A stretch of DNA of 64,000 nucleotides. Source: an uncultured Alphaproteobacteria bacterium. Its GTDB lineage: Bacteria > Pseudomonadota > Alphaproteobacteria > Sphingomonadales > Sphingomonadaceae. The translations under genes were made by a program, and so were the position numbers. The DNA lies in the NCBI GenBank assembly GCA_963848555.1, contig CAWKEE010000002.1:420500-484499 (forward strand). The letters are read 5' to 3'. Positions 50,746 through 60,967 of this stretch are shown here, one piece after another; position 1 is the first letter of the stretch; the number at the start of each line of letters is the position of its first letter. The notes below the pieces were generated by a model, which saw nothing but the letters and a program-made list of their open reading frames with translations, ran no database searches and had not been told where the DNA came from.

Positions 50746-52001
50746 AACAAGGTGGTCACCGCGCCGGTGACCCGATAGCGCCCGTCGACCAGGAACAGGG
50801 CCCGCCACCTGTCGAAGGTGGCGCAGGGGTGGGAGATGCCGAAGCCGACCAGGTCGCCGACCGCGACGCCGCGCCCGGAAACGGCGAGGCTGAGATGCTG
50901 GTCCCACAGCGAAACCACCGCCAGGCCCGCGGCCGGCCTCGGCTTGCCGCCCGCGCCCGGCCTGTGGACCCAGAGCGGCACCGGCGGGCCGGCGTCGAAC
51001 GAGAGATCGCGCTTGCCGGCGCCGACGATCGCCAGCCCCGGCTCCGGGACCGACAGCACCACGCCCCACACTTCCAGCGCATGCCGCAAGTCGGGCAGGC
51101 CGGGCGGCACGCTGCCGCCGGGCCTGGTGAGACGCTCGTACAGGCCGTTGTCGTGGGTGACGTAGCATCCGGGGCGAATGACCCGCTCGACCGGCGAACC
51201 GCCGATCGCCGCCGGGAGTCTCGCCGCGCAGAGATCGAGAAAGGCCGAGCCGCCGGCGGAAATCAGGATCGGACCGGGAGCGAACAGCCCGGCGGCGGCG
51301 ATCTGCCCGGCGGCGGCGACCGCCCGGTCGATCATTCCGGCCGCGCCGGAGCGCGCTTCGGCGCGCTGCTGGAGGACCCCCTCGAACGTCTCGACCCCGC
51401 GCAGCGCGAGCGCCGACCCCGCCTCGGCGATCCGCCGCGCCAGCGCCACTGCCGCTTCGTCGCTGCGCAGGCCGGCTCGGCCGCCGCCGGTTCCGGTCTC
51501 GATCAGCAGTTGGAGCGGACGCTCCGCGCCGCCGCGGCGCGCCGCCTCCGCGAGCAGGCCGACGCCCTCGAGCGAATCGGCCAGGCAGTAGAAATCGAAC
51601 TCCGGATCGGCGGCGATCTCGTCGAGCAGAAAGGCGATGTCGGCGGCGCCGGCGAGCTGGTTGGCCAGCAGGATCCGGCGGACGCCGAGTCGGCGGTAGA
51701 CGCGCACATGAAAGGCGGTGGCCGCCGTCATGCCCCAGGCTCCGGCTTCCAGCTGTAGCGCGATCAGCTCCGGGCTCATGCTGGTCTTGCCGTGCGGGCA
51801 GAGATGCGCGCCGATGCGGTCGGCGAAAGCCTGCATCTCCTTTATGTTGTGGCGCAGCTCATCCTCGCGGATCACCGCCGCCGGCATCATCAGCTCGCCG
51901 GCGAGCAGCCGCAGGCCGAGATCCGCCAGCCGGCCGGGCGTCGCGCCCTCGGCGCGCGGCGGCAGACCCTTGGTTCGCCAGTCGAGGCGCGGGCCGTTCA
52001 G
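50742..52001 (-). CDS. PLP-dependent D-serine dehydratase-like / alanine racemase-fold protein
   Basis: CPHGKTSM (PLP Lys), ANQL, GYVTHD-like IRPGCYVTHD, GKRD, ISHPCATFD. The conserved LDWRTKG lies upstream of the Met at 51890, so the true start is near 52001. Confidence 0.82.
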   Translation of the reverse strand: MNGPRLDWRTKGLPPRAEGATPGRLADLGLRLLAGELMMPAAVIREDELRHNIKEMQAFADRIGAHLCPHGKTSMSPELIALQLEAGAWGMTAATAFHVRVYRRLGVRRILLANQLAGAADIAFLLDEIAADPEFDFYCLADSLEGVGLLAEAARRGGAERPLQLLIETGTGGGRAGLRSDEAAVALARRIAEAGSALALRGVETFEGVLQQRAEARSGAAGMIDRAVAAAGQIAAAGLFAPGPILISAGGSAFLDLCAARLPAAIGGSPVERVIRPGCYVTHDNGLYERLTRPGGSVPPGLPDLRHALEVWGVVLSVPEPGLAIVGAGKRDLSFDAGPPVPLWVHRPGAGGKPRPAAGLAVVSLWDQHLSLAVSGRGVAVGDLVGFGISHPCATFDRWRALFLVDGRYRVTGAVTTLF

Positions 52002-52071
52002 GCGCTTTCCCCTTCGACGCCGCCAAAGTTCATCCTGAGCGACGCCGCAGGCGGCGTCGATGGGGCGTCGC

Positions 52072-53115
52072 TCAGGACACGCTTTGCGGGATCACGCCGC
52101 GGCGGATCTGGTCGAGCTCGATCGATTCGAAAAGCGCTTTGAAATTGCCCTCGCCAAAGCCTTCATTGCCCTTGCGCTGGATGATCTCGAAGAAGATCGG
52201 GCCGATCATATTCTCGGTGAATATCTGCAGCAGCAGGCCCTCGCCGGTCTCGGGCGAGCCGTCGATCAGGATCCGCCTGCGCCGCATCGCCTCGACATCG
52301 TGGCCGTGGCCCGGCAGCCGCTCGTCGATCATGTCGTAATAGGTGTCGGGGCTGTCCTGGAACCTGATGCCGTTGGCGCGCAGCGCATCGACCGTCCTGA
52401 AGATGTCGTCGGTGGCGAAGGCGAGGTGCTGGATGCCTTCGCCTTTATATTCCTTCAGATATTCGGCGATCTGGCTGTAATCGTCCTGGCTCTCGTTCAG
52501 GGGAATGCGGATCTTGTCGTCAGGCGCGGTCATCGCGCGCGACAGCAGGCCGGTCGACTTCCCCTCTATGTCGAAATAGCGGATCTGCCGGAAGTTGAAG
52601 ACGCGCTCGTAAAATTGCGCCCAATGGTCCATCCGGCCGCGATTGACGTTGTGGGTGAGATGATCGAGCGTGTGCAGCCCGGCGCCCGGGCCGCATAGGG
52701 CGATCGTCTCGAAATCCTTCTCGTACAAGGCCGAAGCGGCGTCGCCGTCGACCAGATAGAGGAACGAGCCGCCTATGCCCTCGAGCACCGGCAGATCGAG
52801 GTCGCCGCTGGTCGCCGTCGCGCCGCGCTCCACCGCCCGCTGCAGCGCCTTGCCGCCGTCCTCGACCCGGAACGCCATCGCGCTCGCGGACGGGCCGTGC
52901 GCTTCGCGAAACTCGCCGGCATGGCCGCCCGGCTCCATGTTCAAGAGGAAGTGGATGTCCCCCTGGCAATAATGGCGGATCGCCCGGCTGCGATGGTTGC
53001 CGACATGGGTGAAGCCGAGCCGGGTGAAGAGGTCGGCCATCGCTTCCGGATCGGGGCTGGTGAATTCGACGAAGGCGAAGCCGTCGAGGCCGATGGGATT
53101 TTCGCGGGCGGTCAT
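52072..53115 (-). CDS. hppD: 4-hydroxyphenylpyruvate dioxygenase
   Basis: [51 protein letters not shown]. Confidence 0.97.
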   Translation of the reverse strand: MTARENPIGLDGFAFVEFTSPDPEAMADLFTRLGFTHVGNHRSRAIRHYCQGDIHFLLNMEPGGHAGEFREAHGPSASAMAFRVEDGGKALQRAVERGATATSGDLDLPVLEGIGGSFLYLVDGDAASALYEKDFETIALCGPGAGLHTLDHLTHNVNRGRMDHWAQFYERVFNFRQIRYFDIEGKSTGLLSRAMTAPDDKIRIPLNESQDDYSQIAEYLKEYKGEGIQHLAFATDDIFRTVDALRANGIRFQDSPDTYYDMIDERLPGHGHDVEAMRRRRILIDGSPETGEGLLLQIFTENMIGPIFFEIIQRKGNEGFGEGNFKALFESIELDQIRRGVIPQSVS

Positions 53116-53261
53116 GGCGGAGCCTCTTGCGCTGGGATGCGGGAATTGGCCGCGGCTTCTATCAGCGCCGGCGCAGGCCCGCAAATGACGGTTGCGCGCT
53201 CCGGCGGGGCCTCCTACCTCGCGGAAACCACCTCTTTTGTCCGCCTCGTGAAAGGGCCCGC

Positions 53262-54242
53262 ATGGCCGCCACCCACTCGACCCGCCTGCTGATTCTCGGC
53301 TCCGGCCCGGCCGGCCTCACCGCCGCGATCTACGGCGCCCGCGCCGGCCTGGCGCCGATCGTCGTCCAGGGCATCCAGCCCGGCGGCCAGCTCACCATCA
53401 CCACCGACGTCGAGAATTATCCGGGTTTCGCCGACGTGATCCAGGGCCCCTGGCTGATGGAGCAGATGCAGAAGCAGGCCGAGCATGTCGGCGCCCGGAT
53501 GGAATGGGACCATATCGTCGAGGTCGATCTGTCCCGGCGTCCGTTCCGGATGCTCGGCGACAGCGGCGCCGTCTATCTCGGCGACACACTGGTCATCGCC
53601 ACCGGGGCGCAGGCGAAATGGCTGAACCTGCCTTCCGAGGAGCGGCTCAAGGGCAAGGGGGTGTCGGCCTGCGCGACCTGCGACGGCTTCTTCTACCGCG
53701 GCCGCAAGGTGGTCGTGATCGGCGGCGGCAACACCGCCGTCGAGGAGGCCTTGTACATGACCAATCACAGCCACGACGTCACCCTGATCCACCGCCGCGA
53801 TTCGCTGCGGGCCGAGAAGATCCTGCAGGAGCGGCTGTTCGCTCACCCCAACATCAAGCTGATGTGGAACCGCGAGGTCGCCGAGTTCGTCGCCGGCGGC
53901 GAACCGGAGGGGCTGGTGGCGGTCGACCTCAGGGACACCCGCACCGGCGAGGTCGAGCGGCTCGATACGGAGGGGGCGTTCGTCGCCATCGGCCATTTCC
54001 CGGCGACCGGGCTGTTCAGCGGCCAGCTCGAGCTCGACGGCGACGGCTATATCCCGGTCGAGCCGGGCAGCAGCCGCACCTCGATCCCCGGCGTGTTCGC
54101 CTGCGGCGACGTCATGGACAAGATCTACCGCCAGGCGGTGACCGCCGCCGGCACCGGCTGCATCGCCGCCCTCGACGCCGAGAAATTCCTCGCCGAAGCG
54201 GATTTCGAGGCGGTGCCGGCGAGAAGCCTGCAGGAGGCCTGA
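53262..54242 (+). CDS. trxB: Thioredoxin-disulfide reductase
   Basis: [32 protein letters not shown]. Confidence 0.97.
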   Translation: MAATHSTRLLILGSGPAGLTAAIYGARAGLAPIVVQGIQPGGQLTITTDVENYPGFADVIQGPWLMEQMQKQAEHVGARMEWDHIVEVDLSRRPFRMLGDSGAVYLGDTLVIATGAQAKWLNLPSEERLKGKGVSACATCDGFFYRGRKVVVIGGGNTAVEEALYMTNHSHDVTLIHRRDSLRAEKILQERLFAHPNIKLMWNREVAEFVAGGEPEGLVAVDLRDTRTGEVERLDTEGAFVAIGHFPATGLFSGQLELDGDGYIPVEPGSSRTSIPGVFACGDVMDKIYRQAVTAAGTGCIAALDAEKFLAEADFEAVPARSLQEA

Positions 54243-54244
54243 TC

Positions 54245-54326
54245 CGTCATCCCGGCGCAAGCCGGGACCTCAGGGGGGAAGGCCCGTGACTTCCGGTCCC
54301 GAGGTCCCGGCTTTCGCCGGGATGAC
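54245..54326. repeat. REP-like palindrome (GTCATCCCGGC family)
   Basis: Same arms as 47242-47323, between convergent stops. Confidence 0.75.
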
Positions 54327-54328
54327 AT

Positions 54329-55117
54329 TTAACCCAGCCGCCGCAGCGCCTCGACGACCGCGGCCAGCAGGGCCGCCTCGTCGCCCGGCCGCGCGAATGT
54401 ATGGGAATCGCTGTCGATCTTCTGAGGTTCGTCGAGCAAATCCCTGAACGCCTTCGCCTTCAGCTCATGTTCGGCGGCGATCGCCGTGCCATCGCCGGCG
54501 GCGAGGATCAGCTGGGCCGGCAGGCGGTGACGGGCGAGCGCCGCGGCGACGTCGTCAGCCAGCGACGAGGGCCGGCGCCCGGCGATCTTTCGTAACCCTT
54601 TCAGGAGCTTTCTATAACTAACTGCACCAGAAAGGATTTTTTTCCAGCCTTCGCGGCTGGCCAGCCGCCGGCGGTAATGCGCGCGCACCGCCGCGGGCGC
54701 CGGATCGCCGGCTTCCGCCTCGACCAGCCAGGGATTGACCAGCACCAGCCCGTCGAGGCCGGCCTGGTCGCCGAACAGCGCGATCGCCGTGGCGCCGTCG
54801 CACAGGCCGAAGCCGTGGACGCGGCGGAGCGCGGGGCATTCGCGCCGCAGGGCCGCCGTCGCCGTCGCCAGGTCGGGGCGGCTGCCGCGAAATCCCGGAT
54901 CCTCGCCGCCGCTGTCCCCGACCCCGCGCCGGTCGAAACGCAGGCAGGCAATCCCCCGGTCCGCCAGCGATCGGGCCAGCGATTCGTACATGCGGTGCGA
55001 GCCGATCCGGGTCTGCGTGCCGCCGGTGACGAGCACCAGCCCGACCTCGCCCCCCGCGGCATCGAGCGTCGCGCCGAGCTCAACGCCGTCGCAGGCGAGG
55101 GTCAGGAGCCGGCGCAT
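54329..55117 (-). CDS. Alpha/beta hydrolase ('hydrolase 1', exosortase A system-associated)
   Basis: GGTQTRIGSHR, RFDRRGVGDS, GLCDGA, NPW, DSHTF. Confidence 0.88.
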   Translation of the reverse strand: MRRLLTLACDGVELGATLDAAGGEVGLVLVTGGTQTRIGSHRMYESLARSLADRGIACLRFDRRGVGDSGGEDPGFRGSRPDLATATAALRRECPALRRVHGFGLCDGATAIALFGDQAGLDGLVLVNPWLVEAEAGDPAPAAVRAHYRRRLASREGWKKILSGAVSYRKLLKGLRKIAGRRPSSLADDVAAALARHRLPAQLILAAGDGTAIAAEHELKAKAFRDLLDEPQKIDSDSHTFARPGDEAALLAAVVEALRRLG

Positions 55118-55776
55118 TGCACGTGCCAGGCGGCGATGTCGGCGGCGACCGCTTCAGCGAGCTCGGCCGAATTTCCCGGCTCGGAGCGGCGCCACAGGGC
55201 CGGGCCCGCCAGCCTGACGTCGGCGGCGCCGGCGTCGCTCTGCAGGCGGACGGTACGCAACGGCATCTGATCGACCGCCGCGGCATCCTCGAGCCGCCCG
55301 CGCAGCTCGGCCGAAGGGGCATAACCGGCCCATTCGACCCCGGCGAGGCCGGCCCGCACCATGTCGCGCGCCAGCGACCGCCCGGAGACCGGGGCGAGCC
55401 GCCACCAGCCGATCGCCGCCGCCGCGTCGTCGATCAGGCAGCCGCCGCGTATCGAGGCGACGAGCGGCGGTCTGCCGGCGGCCTGCTCGACGAAGCCGGC
55501 CGCCGCCTTGACGTCATGGCGCCAGTCGTCCCAGGCCAGATCGCCCAGATCGGCTTCGCTCTCGCCGGTGCCGCCAAGGTCGGCGAGCCAGCAGCCATGG
55601 CCGCGCGCCGCGAGCCGCCGCATCGCCGCCGCAACGAGCGCCCGCGTCCGGTTCATCTCCTCGAACAAAGGCGCGACGAACAGGATCGGGGGCGCCTCGG
55701 CGCGGCCGATGCGCATCATCCATTCCTGTCGGCTGCCACTCTGAAATGACGGGTAGGCGAGGCCGCCGTCGCTCAC
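55102..55776 (-). CDS. Alpha/beta hydrolase-like ('hydrolase 2', exosortase A system-associated)
   Basis: PLFEEMNRTR, DLGGTGES, SIRGG; overlaps hydrolase 1. Confidence 0.82.
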   Translation of the reverse strand: MSDGGLAYPSFQSGSRQEWMMRIGRAEAPPILFVAPLFEEMNRTRALVAAAMRRLAARGHGCWLADLGGTGESEADLGDLAWDDWRHDVKAAAGFVEQAAGRPPLVASIRGGCLIDDAAAAIGWWRLAPVSGRSLARDMVRAGLAGVEWAGYAPSAELRGRLEDAAAVDQMPLRTVRLQSDAGAADVRLAGPALWRRSEPGNSAELAEAVAADIAAWHVQCAGS

Positions 55777-56051
55777 TGCAGCGCCTTGGCCCGGGCGAAG
55801 GTGAGCAGCGAACCGAAGGTCTCGAGCATGTCGGCATCGACCTCGTCATCCTCGATGAAGATGCCGAGCCGCTCCTCGAGCTCGGTCAGCAGCCCCGCCA
55901 CGGCCATCGAATCGAATTCGGGCAGGGCGCCGAACAAGGGCGTGCTCTCGTCGAAGCCGCGCACCCGTTGCGCGTCGAGGCCGAGCACATCGACCAGCAC
56001 CGCCCGCAGCGTCGCGTCCACTTCCTCTTCGTCGTTCCAGGCGGCGACCAT
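55773..56051 (-). CDS. Acyl carrier protein
   Basis: LFGALPEFDSMAV (phosphopantetheine Ser), acidic; start uncertain. Confidence 0.88.
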   Translation of the reverse strand: MVAAWNDEEEVDATLRAVLVDVLGLDAQRVRGFDESTPLFGALPEFDSMAVAGLLTELEERLGIFIEDDEVDADMLETFGSLLTFARAKALQ

Positions 56052-56163
56052 GTCCGGCTCTCTTGGCGTTGCGCCGCGCGCCGTACCGGCTTCGCCGACG
56101 GGCGGCAAGCGGCCCTGAGTCATCCCGATGGCGGGCGATCCAGAGCTGCAGCGATCTGCCGGA

Positions 56164-56197
56164 TCGATTGCCCGGCTTCGCGAAGCCGGGCAATCGA
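56164..56197. repeat. Perfect 34-bp palindrome
   Basis: TCGATTGCCCGGCTTCG followed directly by its reverse complement CGAAGCCGGGCAATCGA. Confidence 0.8.
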
Positions 56198-56289
56198 GCA
56201 TCGCTCCTCCAAAGAGAGCTGTCGGTATCGGTCTCCCATGGCAACACCTTAAGCTGGTGTTGCACTTCGTTTGTGAACTCAGGGGACCC

Positions 56290-56441
56290 ATGAACACCGC
56301 ATTCGGCGGGCACGGCGGGGCGCGCTGGACCCACTTCAGACTCCGCTCGCCGGGGCCGGGGCTGCTCGGGCTGGCCTATTGGCTGGCGACCGTCGCCGGG
56401 CGATCCTCCTCATCGTGCTTGTCTTCCGGCTGGGGGCCTGA
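56290..56441 (+). pseudogene. Possible small membrane protein, frameshifted as sequenced
   Basis: MNTAFGG...LLGLAYWLATVAG continues as AILLIVLVFRLGA* if one G is restored near 56400. Confidence 0.3.
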
Positions 56442-56579
56442 GGACGGCGCCGGCGCCGCCGACAAGGCTCGGGCAATGACCCTGCTGAGACGCCGGGGCG
56501 GAGCCGACGCGTGCGGCGGGCGCGGACCGGGCTTTCACGGACCCCGCGCTCATGGCAGGAACGGGTAAGGAGATTCGCC

Positions 56580-56951
56580 ATGAACGCCGATCCCGCCCGA
56601 TCCCGCTGGCGCGCCGTTCATCCGATCGACCCGTTGATCATTCTGTTCTGCGCAGCGGTTTCGATCGGCCTGCCGGTCGCCATCGCCGGCGGCGCGCTCC
56701 GCTTCGAGCGCTGGTGGCAATGGGCAGCCTATGGCCTGGCATGGTTCTGCGTCACCGGATTCGGACTGACGATGATCGCCGGCGTCCGGGCCCGGCTGGC
56801 CCGGCGCCCCGGCGCACAGTCGGCCGAGCGGCGATTCTGGGAGGGGAGACTGGCCTGGACCGGAGTCCGCCTCCTCCTCGTCCTTTACTGGGTGGCGTCG
56901 ATCGCCGGGATGATACTGCTTTTCGTGCTGCTCGGTCGGTTGGCCGGCTGA
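56580..56951 (+). CDS. Hypothetical membrane protein (3 TM)
   Basis: AAGGAG RBS, three hydrophobic segments. Confidence 0.65.
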   Translation: MNADPARSRWRAVHPIDPLIILFCAAVSIGLPVAIAGGALRFERWWQWAAYGLAWFCVTGFGLTMIAGVRARLARRPGAQSAERRFWEGRLAWTGVRLLLVLYWVASIAGMILLFVLLGRLAG

Positions 56952-56979
56952 GGTGGGACGGCGGCGGCGCCGTCCAAGT

Positions 56980-58005
56980 TCATGGGCCCCGGCTTTCGCC
57001 GGGGTGACTGCTGCGCTTGCGCGCCCAACGGGCCAGCGTCGCTTTCCCCGCCCCTATCAGCCCCTTGAGCGTGCGCGGATTGTAGGCGGCGAGGCGCCAG
57101 AGGGTGCGTTTCTCCTCCATCCAGTCAGCCTTGTAGCCTTCGTCGCCGGTGCCGTAGTCGATGGCCTTCACATGGTCTTTGTCGAGCACGTGGCGGAACA
57201 TCGCCATCGACAGCAGGGTGCCGGGCGACATCGCCTTCGCGTCTTCCGCATAAGCGAGCTTGTGGATCACGGCCTCTTCATTTTCGACTAGCCAGAGCTG
57301 GGCGGCGACCGGCGCCCCGTTCGAGCGGGCAATGCCGAGCCGCAGCGTGCCGGCCGCGCCCTCCTGCTCGGCGAGCGCGCGCAGGAACGGGAAGGAGCCC
57401 TCCTCGGGCTTCCAGCTGGCGCGGTAGACGGTTTCATAATCGGCCCAGGCCCGTTCGTCGAAACGGTCATGCACCTCTAGGTCGAGCTCGGCGCCCCTGG
57501 CGCGGCGCCTGGCGGTGTTGCGCAGCCGCGCCGGCCGCTTCGCCCAATAAGCGTCGAAATCCAGCCCGGTGGTGTCGATCCGCCAGTTGACGGCAAAGGG
57601 CTTGGGGAAGGTGATCCAGCCCGCGTCGCGGAAGGCCTGGCGCAGCGGCCCCTGGTCGACGACCGGCGCCAGCTCGATATGGGCCAGGCCGCCGTCGCGC
57701 AAAGCGGCGGCGAGCGCGGTCAGCAGCTTCGGCTCGCGGCTGCCGATCGCGTCGAAGCGCAGCGTGTACCAGCTGCCATAGGCCTCGGCATAAGGGTGGC
57801 GCACGGCCAGGAACAGCCAGGCGCGCTCGCCGCCGGCGCCCGCGCGCAGCGCCAGCAGCTTTCCCGGCGGCGGAATATGGTCCCGGACCAGGCGAAACCA
57901 GTCGAGCCGGGCGAACAGGCAAGGCTGCGCGTCCCGGTCGAGCGCGCCGGCGGCGTCGCGCGCCAGCGCTTCCAGATCGTCGAACAGCTCTACGTTAACC
58001 GTCAC
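56980..58005 (-). CDS. GNAT family N-acetyltransferase (CelD/BcsL-like)
   Basis: IHKLAYAED, SPGTLL, IDYGTGDEGYKADW. Confidence 0.85.
   Translation of the reverse strand: MTVNVELFDDLEALARDAAGALDRDAQPCLFARLDWFRLVRDHIPPPGKLLALRAGAGGERAWLFLAVRHPYAEAYGSWYTLRFDAIGSREPKLLTALAAALRDGGLAHIELAPVVDQGPLRQAFRDAGWITFPKPFAVNWRIDTTGLDFDAYWAKRPARLRNTARRRARGAELDLEVHDRFDERAWADYETVYRASWKPEEGSFPFLRALAEQEGAAGTLRLGIARSNGAPVAAQLWLVENEEAVIHKLAYAEDAKAMSPGTLLSMAMFRHVLDKDHVKAIDYGTGDEGYKADWMEEKRTLWRLAAYNPRTLKGLIGAGKATLARWARKRSSHPGESRGP
56985..57008. repeat. Half REP element (GTCATCCCGGC family) inside the GNAT C-terminus
   Basis: GGCCCCGGCTTTCGCCGGGGTGAC; read on the minus strand as SHPGESRG. Confidence 0.6.
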
Positions 58006-58054
58006 GCTTTATGGCCCTCGCCGCCGCCACTATCATGACGGCTTTTCAGCGGGA

Positions 58055-59566
58055 GTGAAGGTGCAAAGTCCCGATCCTGAGCCGCGTCAGCTGGACCATC
58101 TCCCCTTGCTCGGCGCCCCCGGCGCGCCGGCGCTGACGACCCGCGACGGCACGCTCGATTATGCGGCGCTGGAGCAGGCGGTGGGACGGATGGCGGCGGC
58201 GCTGCGGGCGAGGGGGCTCGAGCCCGGCGCCCGGGTGGCGAGCTGGCTGCCCAAGAATCGCCTGACCAGCCTGCTGCCGCTCGCCTGTCCCCGCGCCGGC
58301 CTGGTCCACGTGCCGGTCAACCCTTTGCTCAAGCGGCTGCAGCTCGCCCATATCCTCGCCGACAGCGGCGCCGCTTTGCTGGTCACCGGCCGTGCCCGGC
58401 TGGCGACACTGGAAGCGGGCGACGTTCCCGCCGGTTGCGCGGCGATCGACGAGAACGAGGCCGAAGGGCTGTTCGCGGAGCGCCAGCCGCTGCCGCCGTC
58501 CGCCGCCGACCCCGATGCGCTCGCCGCCTTGCTCTATACGTCGGGATCGACCGGCCGGCCCAAGGGCGTGATGCTCAGCCACGCCAATATGTGGCTCGGC
58601 GCGGTCAGCGTCGCTTCCTATCTGCGGCTCGAGCCCGGCGACCGGGTGCTGGCGGTGCTGCCGTTCAGCTTCGACTATGGCCAGAATCAGCTTTTCTCGA
58701 CCTGGGCCGCCGGCGGCTGCGTGGTGCCGCTCGAATATCTCACCGCGCGCGATGTGATCCGCGCGGTCGAGCGACAGGGAATCAGTACCTTGGCCGGTGT
58801 TCCTCCATTGTGGGTGCAACTGGTCGAGGCGCCCTGGCCGGGCCGGGCGGCGCTGGCGCTGCGGCGGCTCACCAACAGCGGCGGCAAGCTTGCGCCGTCG
58901 GTCGTCCGCAGGATGCGCGAAGTGTTTCCGGCCGCCGACATCTATTCGATGTACGGCCTCACCGAGGCGTTTCGTTCGACCTATCTCGAACCGGAGCTGC
59001 TCGACCGGCACCCCGATTCGATGGGCCGGGCGATCCCGTTCGCGGAGATCATGGTGGTCGACGCCGACGGCCGCCCGGCAGAGGAGGGCGAGCTGGTCCA
59101 TGCCGGTCCGCTCGTCGCCCAGGGCTATTGGAACGATGCCGAGCGCACCGCCCAGCGATTCAGGCCGGCGCCGGCTTGTTCCGAACATGGCGGCATCGCC
59201 GTCTGGTCGGGCGACCGCGTCCGGCGCGATGCCGAGGGTCTGCTCTATTTCGTCGGCCGCGAGGACGGCATGATCAAGACTGCCGGCAACCGGGTCAGCC
59301 CGACCGAGGTCGAGGAAGCGGCGATCGCCTCGGGCCTGGTCCATGAGGCGGTCGCGCTCGGCTGTGCCGACGCGCGGCTCGGCGAGGCGATCGCGCTGAT
59401 CGTCCGGCCCGACCGGCGCGAGCGCGAGGCCGAGTTGCGCGCCTTCCTCAAACAATGCTTACCCAATTTTATGCAGCCTTCGGCTATCATCTGGCGCGAC
59501 GAGCTGCCGCGCAGTCCGAACGGCAAGCTTGACCGGGTGGAGCTGAAGAACGAGCTGATGGCATGA
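58055..59566 (+). CDS. Acyl-CoA/ACP ligase (AMP-forming), exosortase A system-associated
   Basis: YTSGSTGRPKG, FSFDYG, MYGLTEAFRS, WSGD. Confidence 0.9.
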   Translation: MKVQSPDPEPRQLDHLPLLGAPGAPALTTRDGTLDYAALEQAVGRMAAALRARGLEPGARVASWLPKNRLTSLLPLACPRAGLVHVPVNPLLKRLQLAHILADSGAALLVTGRARLATLEAGDVPAGCAAIDENEAEGLFAERQPLPPSAADPDALAALLYTSGSTGRPKGVMLSHANMWLGAVSVASYLRLEPGDRVLAVLPFSFDYGQNQLFSTWAAGGCVVPLEYLTARDVIRAVERQGISTLAGVPPLWVQLVEAPWPGRAALALRRLTNSGGKLAPSVVRRMREVFPAADIYSMYGLTEAFRSTYLEPELLDRHPDSMGRAIPFAEIMVVDADGRPAEEGELVHAGPLVAQGYWNDAERTAQRFRPAPACSEHGGIAVWSGDRVRRDAEGLLYFVGREDGMIKTAGNRVSPTEVEEAAIASGLVHEAVALGCADARLGEAIALIVRPDRREREAELRAFLKQCLPNFMQPSAIIWRDELPRSPNGKLDRVELKNELMA

Positions 59567-60804
59567 GCAAGCCGATGGGCGCGATACCGGCCGGCTTCGA
59601 GGCCGATGCCGACGGCATGCTGCTGATCGGCGGCCGCCGCGCCGACCGGCTTGCCGCCGCCGCCGGCGACACGCCCTTGTTCGTCTACGATCTGTCCCGG
59701 ATCATGGCGCAGATCGCCCGCTTTCGCGCCGCTTTTGGCGACGTGCACCTTCATTATGCCATTAAAGCAAACTCTTACCTGCCACTGCTCAAGCAAGTCG
59801 CCAGCGAGGTCGACGGCCTCGACGTCGCCTCCGGCGGCGAGCTCGCGCTGGCGCTCGAGGCGGGCGCCAACCCCGACGCGATCAGTTTCGCGGGCCCCGG
59901 CAAGCGCGACGCCGAGCTCGAGCAGGCGGTCTCGGCCGGAGTCACGCTGAACTGCGAATCCGAAGGCGAGGCGGATCGCGCGCTGGCGATCGGGGCGCGG
60001 CTCGGCCGTCCGCCGCGGCTGGCGGTGCGGGTCAATCCGCCGTTCGAGATCAAGGGGTCGGGCATGCGGATGGGCGGCGGCGCCAAGCCGTTCGGGGTCG
60101 ATTCCGACCGGGTGCCGGATCTGGTCCGCCGGCTGCTCGACGGCGGCGCCGACTGGCGCGGATTCCACATCTTCGCCGGGTCGCAGGCGCTCGATGCCGG
60201 CGCCCTGATCGAGGCGCAGCGCGCCACCGTCGCGCTGGCCGGCGAGCTGGCCGACGCGGTCGGCGAGACGCCGCCTTTGGTCAATCTCGGCGGCGGCTTC
60301 GGCATCCCCTATTTTCACGGCGAACGCCCGCTCGACCTCGAAGCCGTCGCCGCTTCGCTGTCGGCGACTTTGGCCTCCCGTCCCGCCGGCCTCGACGGCA
60401 CCCGGTTCGCGATCGAGCTCGGCCGCTGGCTGGTCGGGGAGGCGGGGGTCTATCTGACCCGGATCCTCGACCGCAAGACGAGCCACGGCAGGACCTTCCT
60501 CGTCACCGACGGCGGCATGCATCACCAGCTCGCCGCCAGCGGCAATTTCGGCCAGGTCGTCCGCCGCAATTATCCGGTGGCGATCGCCTCGCGCTTCGGC
60601 GCGGAGGCCGAGGAGGAGGTCAGCATCGTCGGCTGCCTGTGCACGCCGCTCGACCGGCTCGGCGACGACGTCATGGCGCCCCGCGCCGGGCCCGGCGACC
60701 TCGTCGCCGTCTTCCTGGCCGGCGCCTACGGCCTGTCCGCCAGCCCGCAGGCCTTCCTTGCCCAGCAGCCGGCGCGCGAGCTGCTGGTCGGCACGGGCGA
60801 TTAA
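59563..60804 (+). CDS. Pyridoxal-dependent decarboxylase (LysA/ODC fold), exosortase A system-associated
   Basis: HYAIKAN, DVASGGE, NLGGGFG, ELGRWL, GCLCTPLD, GAYG. Confidence 0.9.
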   Translation: MSKPMGAIPAGFEADADGMLLIGGRRADRLAAAAGDTPLFVYDLSRIMAQIARFRAAFGDVHLHYAIKANSYLPLLKQVASEVDGLDVASGGELALALEAGANPDAISFAGPGKRDAELEQAVSAGVTLNCESEGEADRALAIGARLGRPPRLAVRVNPPFEIKGSGMRMGGGAKPFGVDSDRVPDLVRRLLDGGADWRGFHIFAGSQALDAGALIEAQRATVALAGELADAVGETPPLVNLGGGFGIPYFHGERPLDLEAVAASLSATLASRPAGLDGTRFAIELGRWLVGEAGVYLTRILDRKTSHGRTFLVTDGGMHHQLAASGNFGQVVRRNYPVAIASRFGAEAEEEVSIVGCLCTPLDRLGDDVMAPRAGPGDLVAVFLAGAYGLSASPQAFLAQQPARELLVGTGD

Positions 60805-60967
60805 CGGCTGGCCCAGCCAAGTCCCGTTCTGGGACGCCGCCTAAAAGCGCCTTGTTCCTAACGCTAATTTTACCTCTCTCAGCGATAGCGAGCCCATATT
60901 CCGCGCCCTCTCATCCCTTAGCGGGACAGGCGGGGCAGGAGCCGGGTGCAGGTGAAGAGGATCGATC

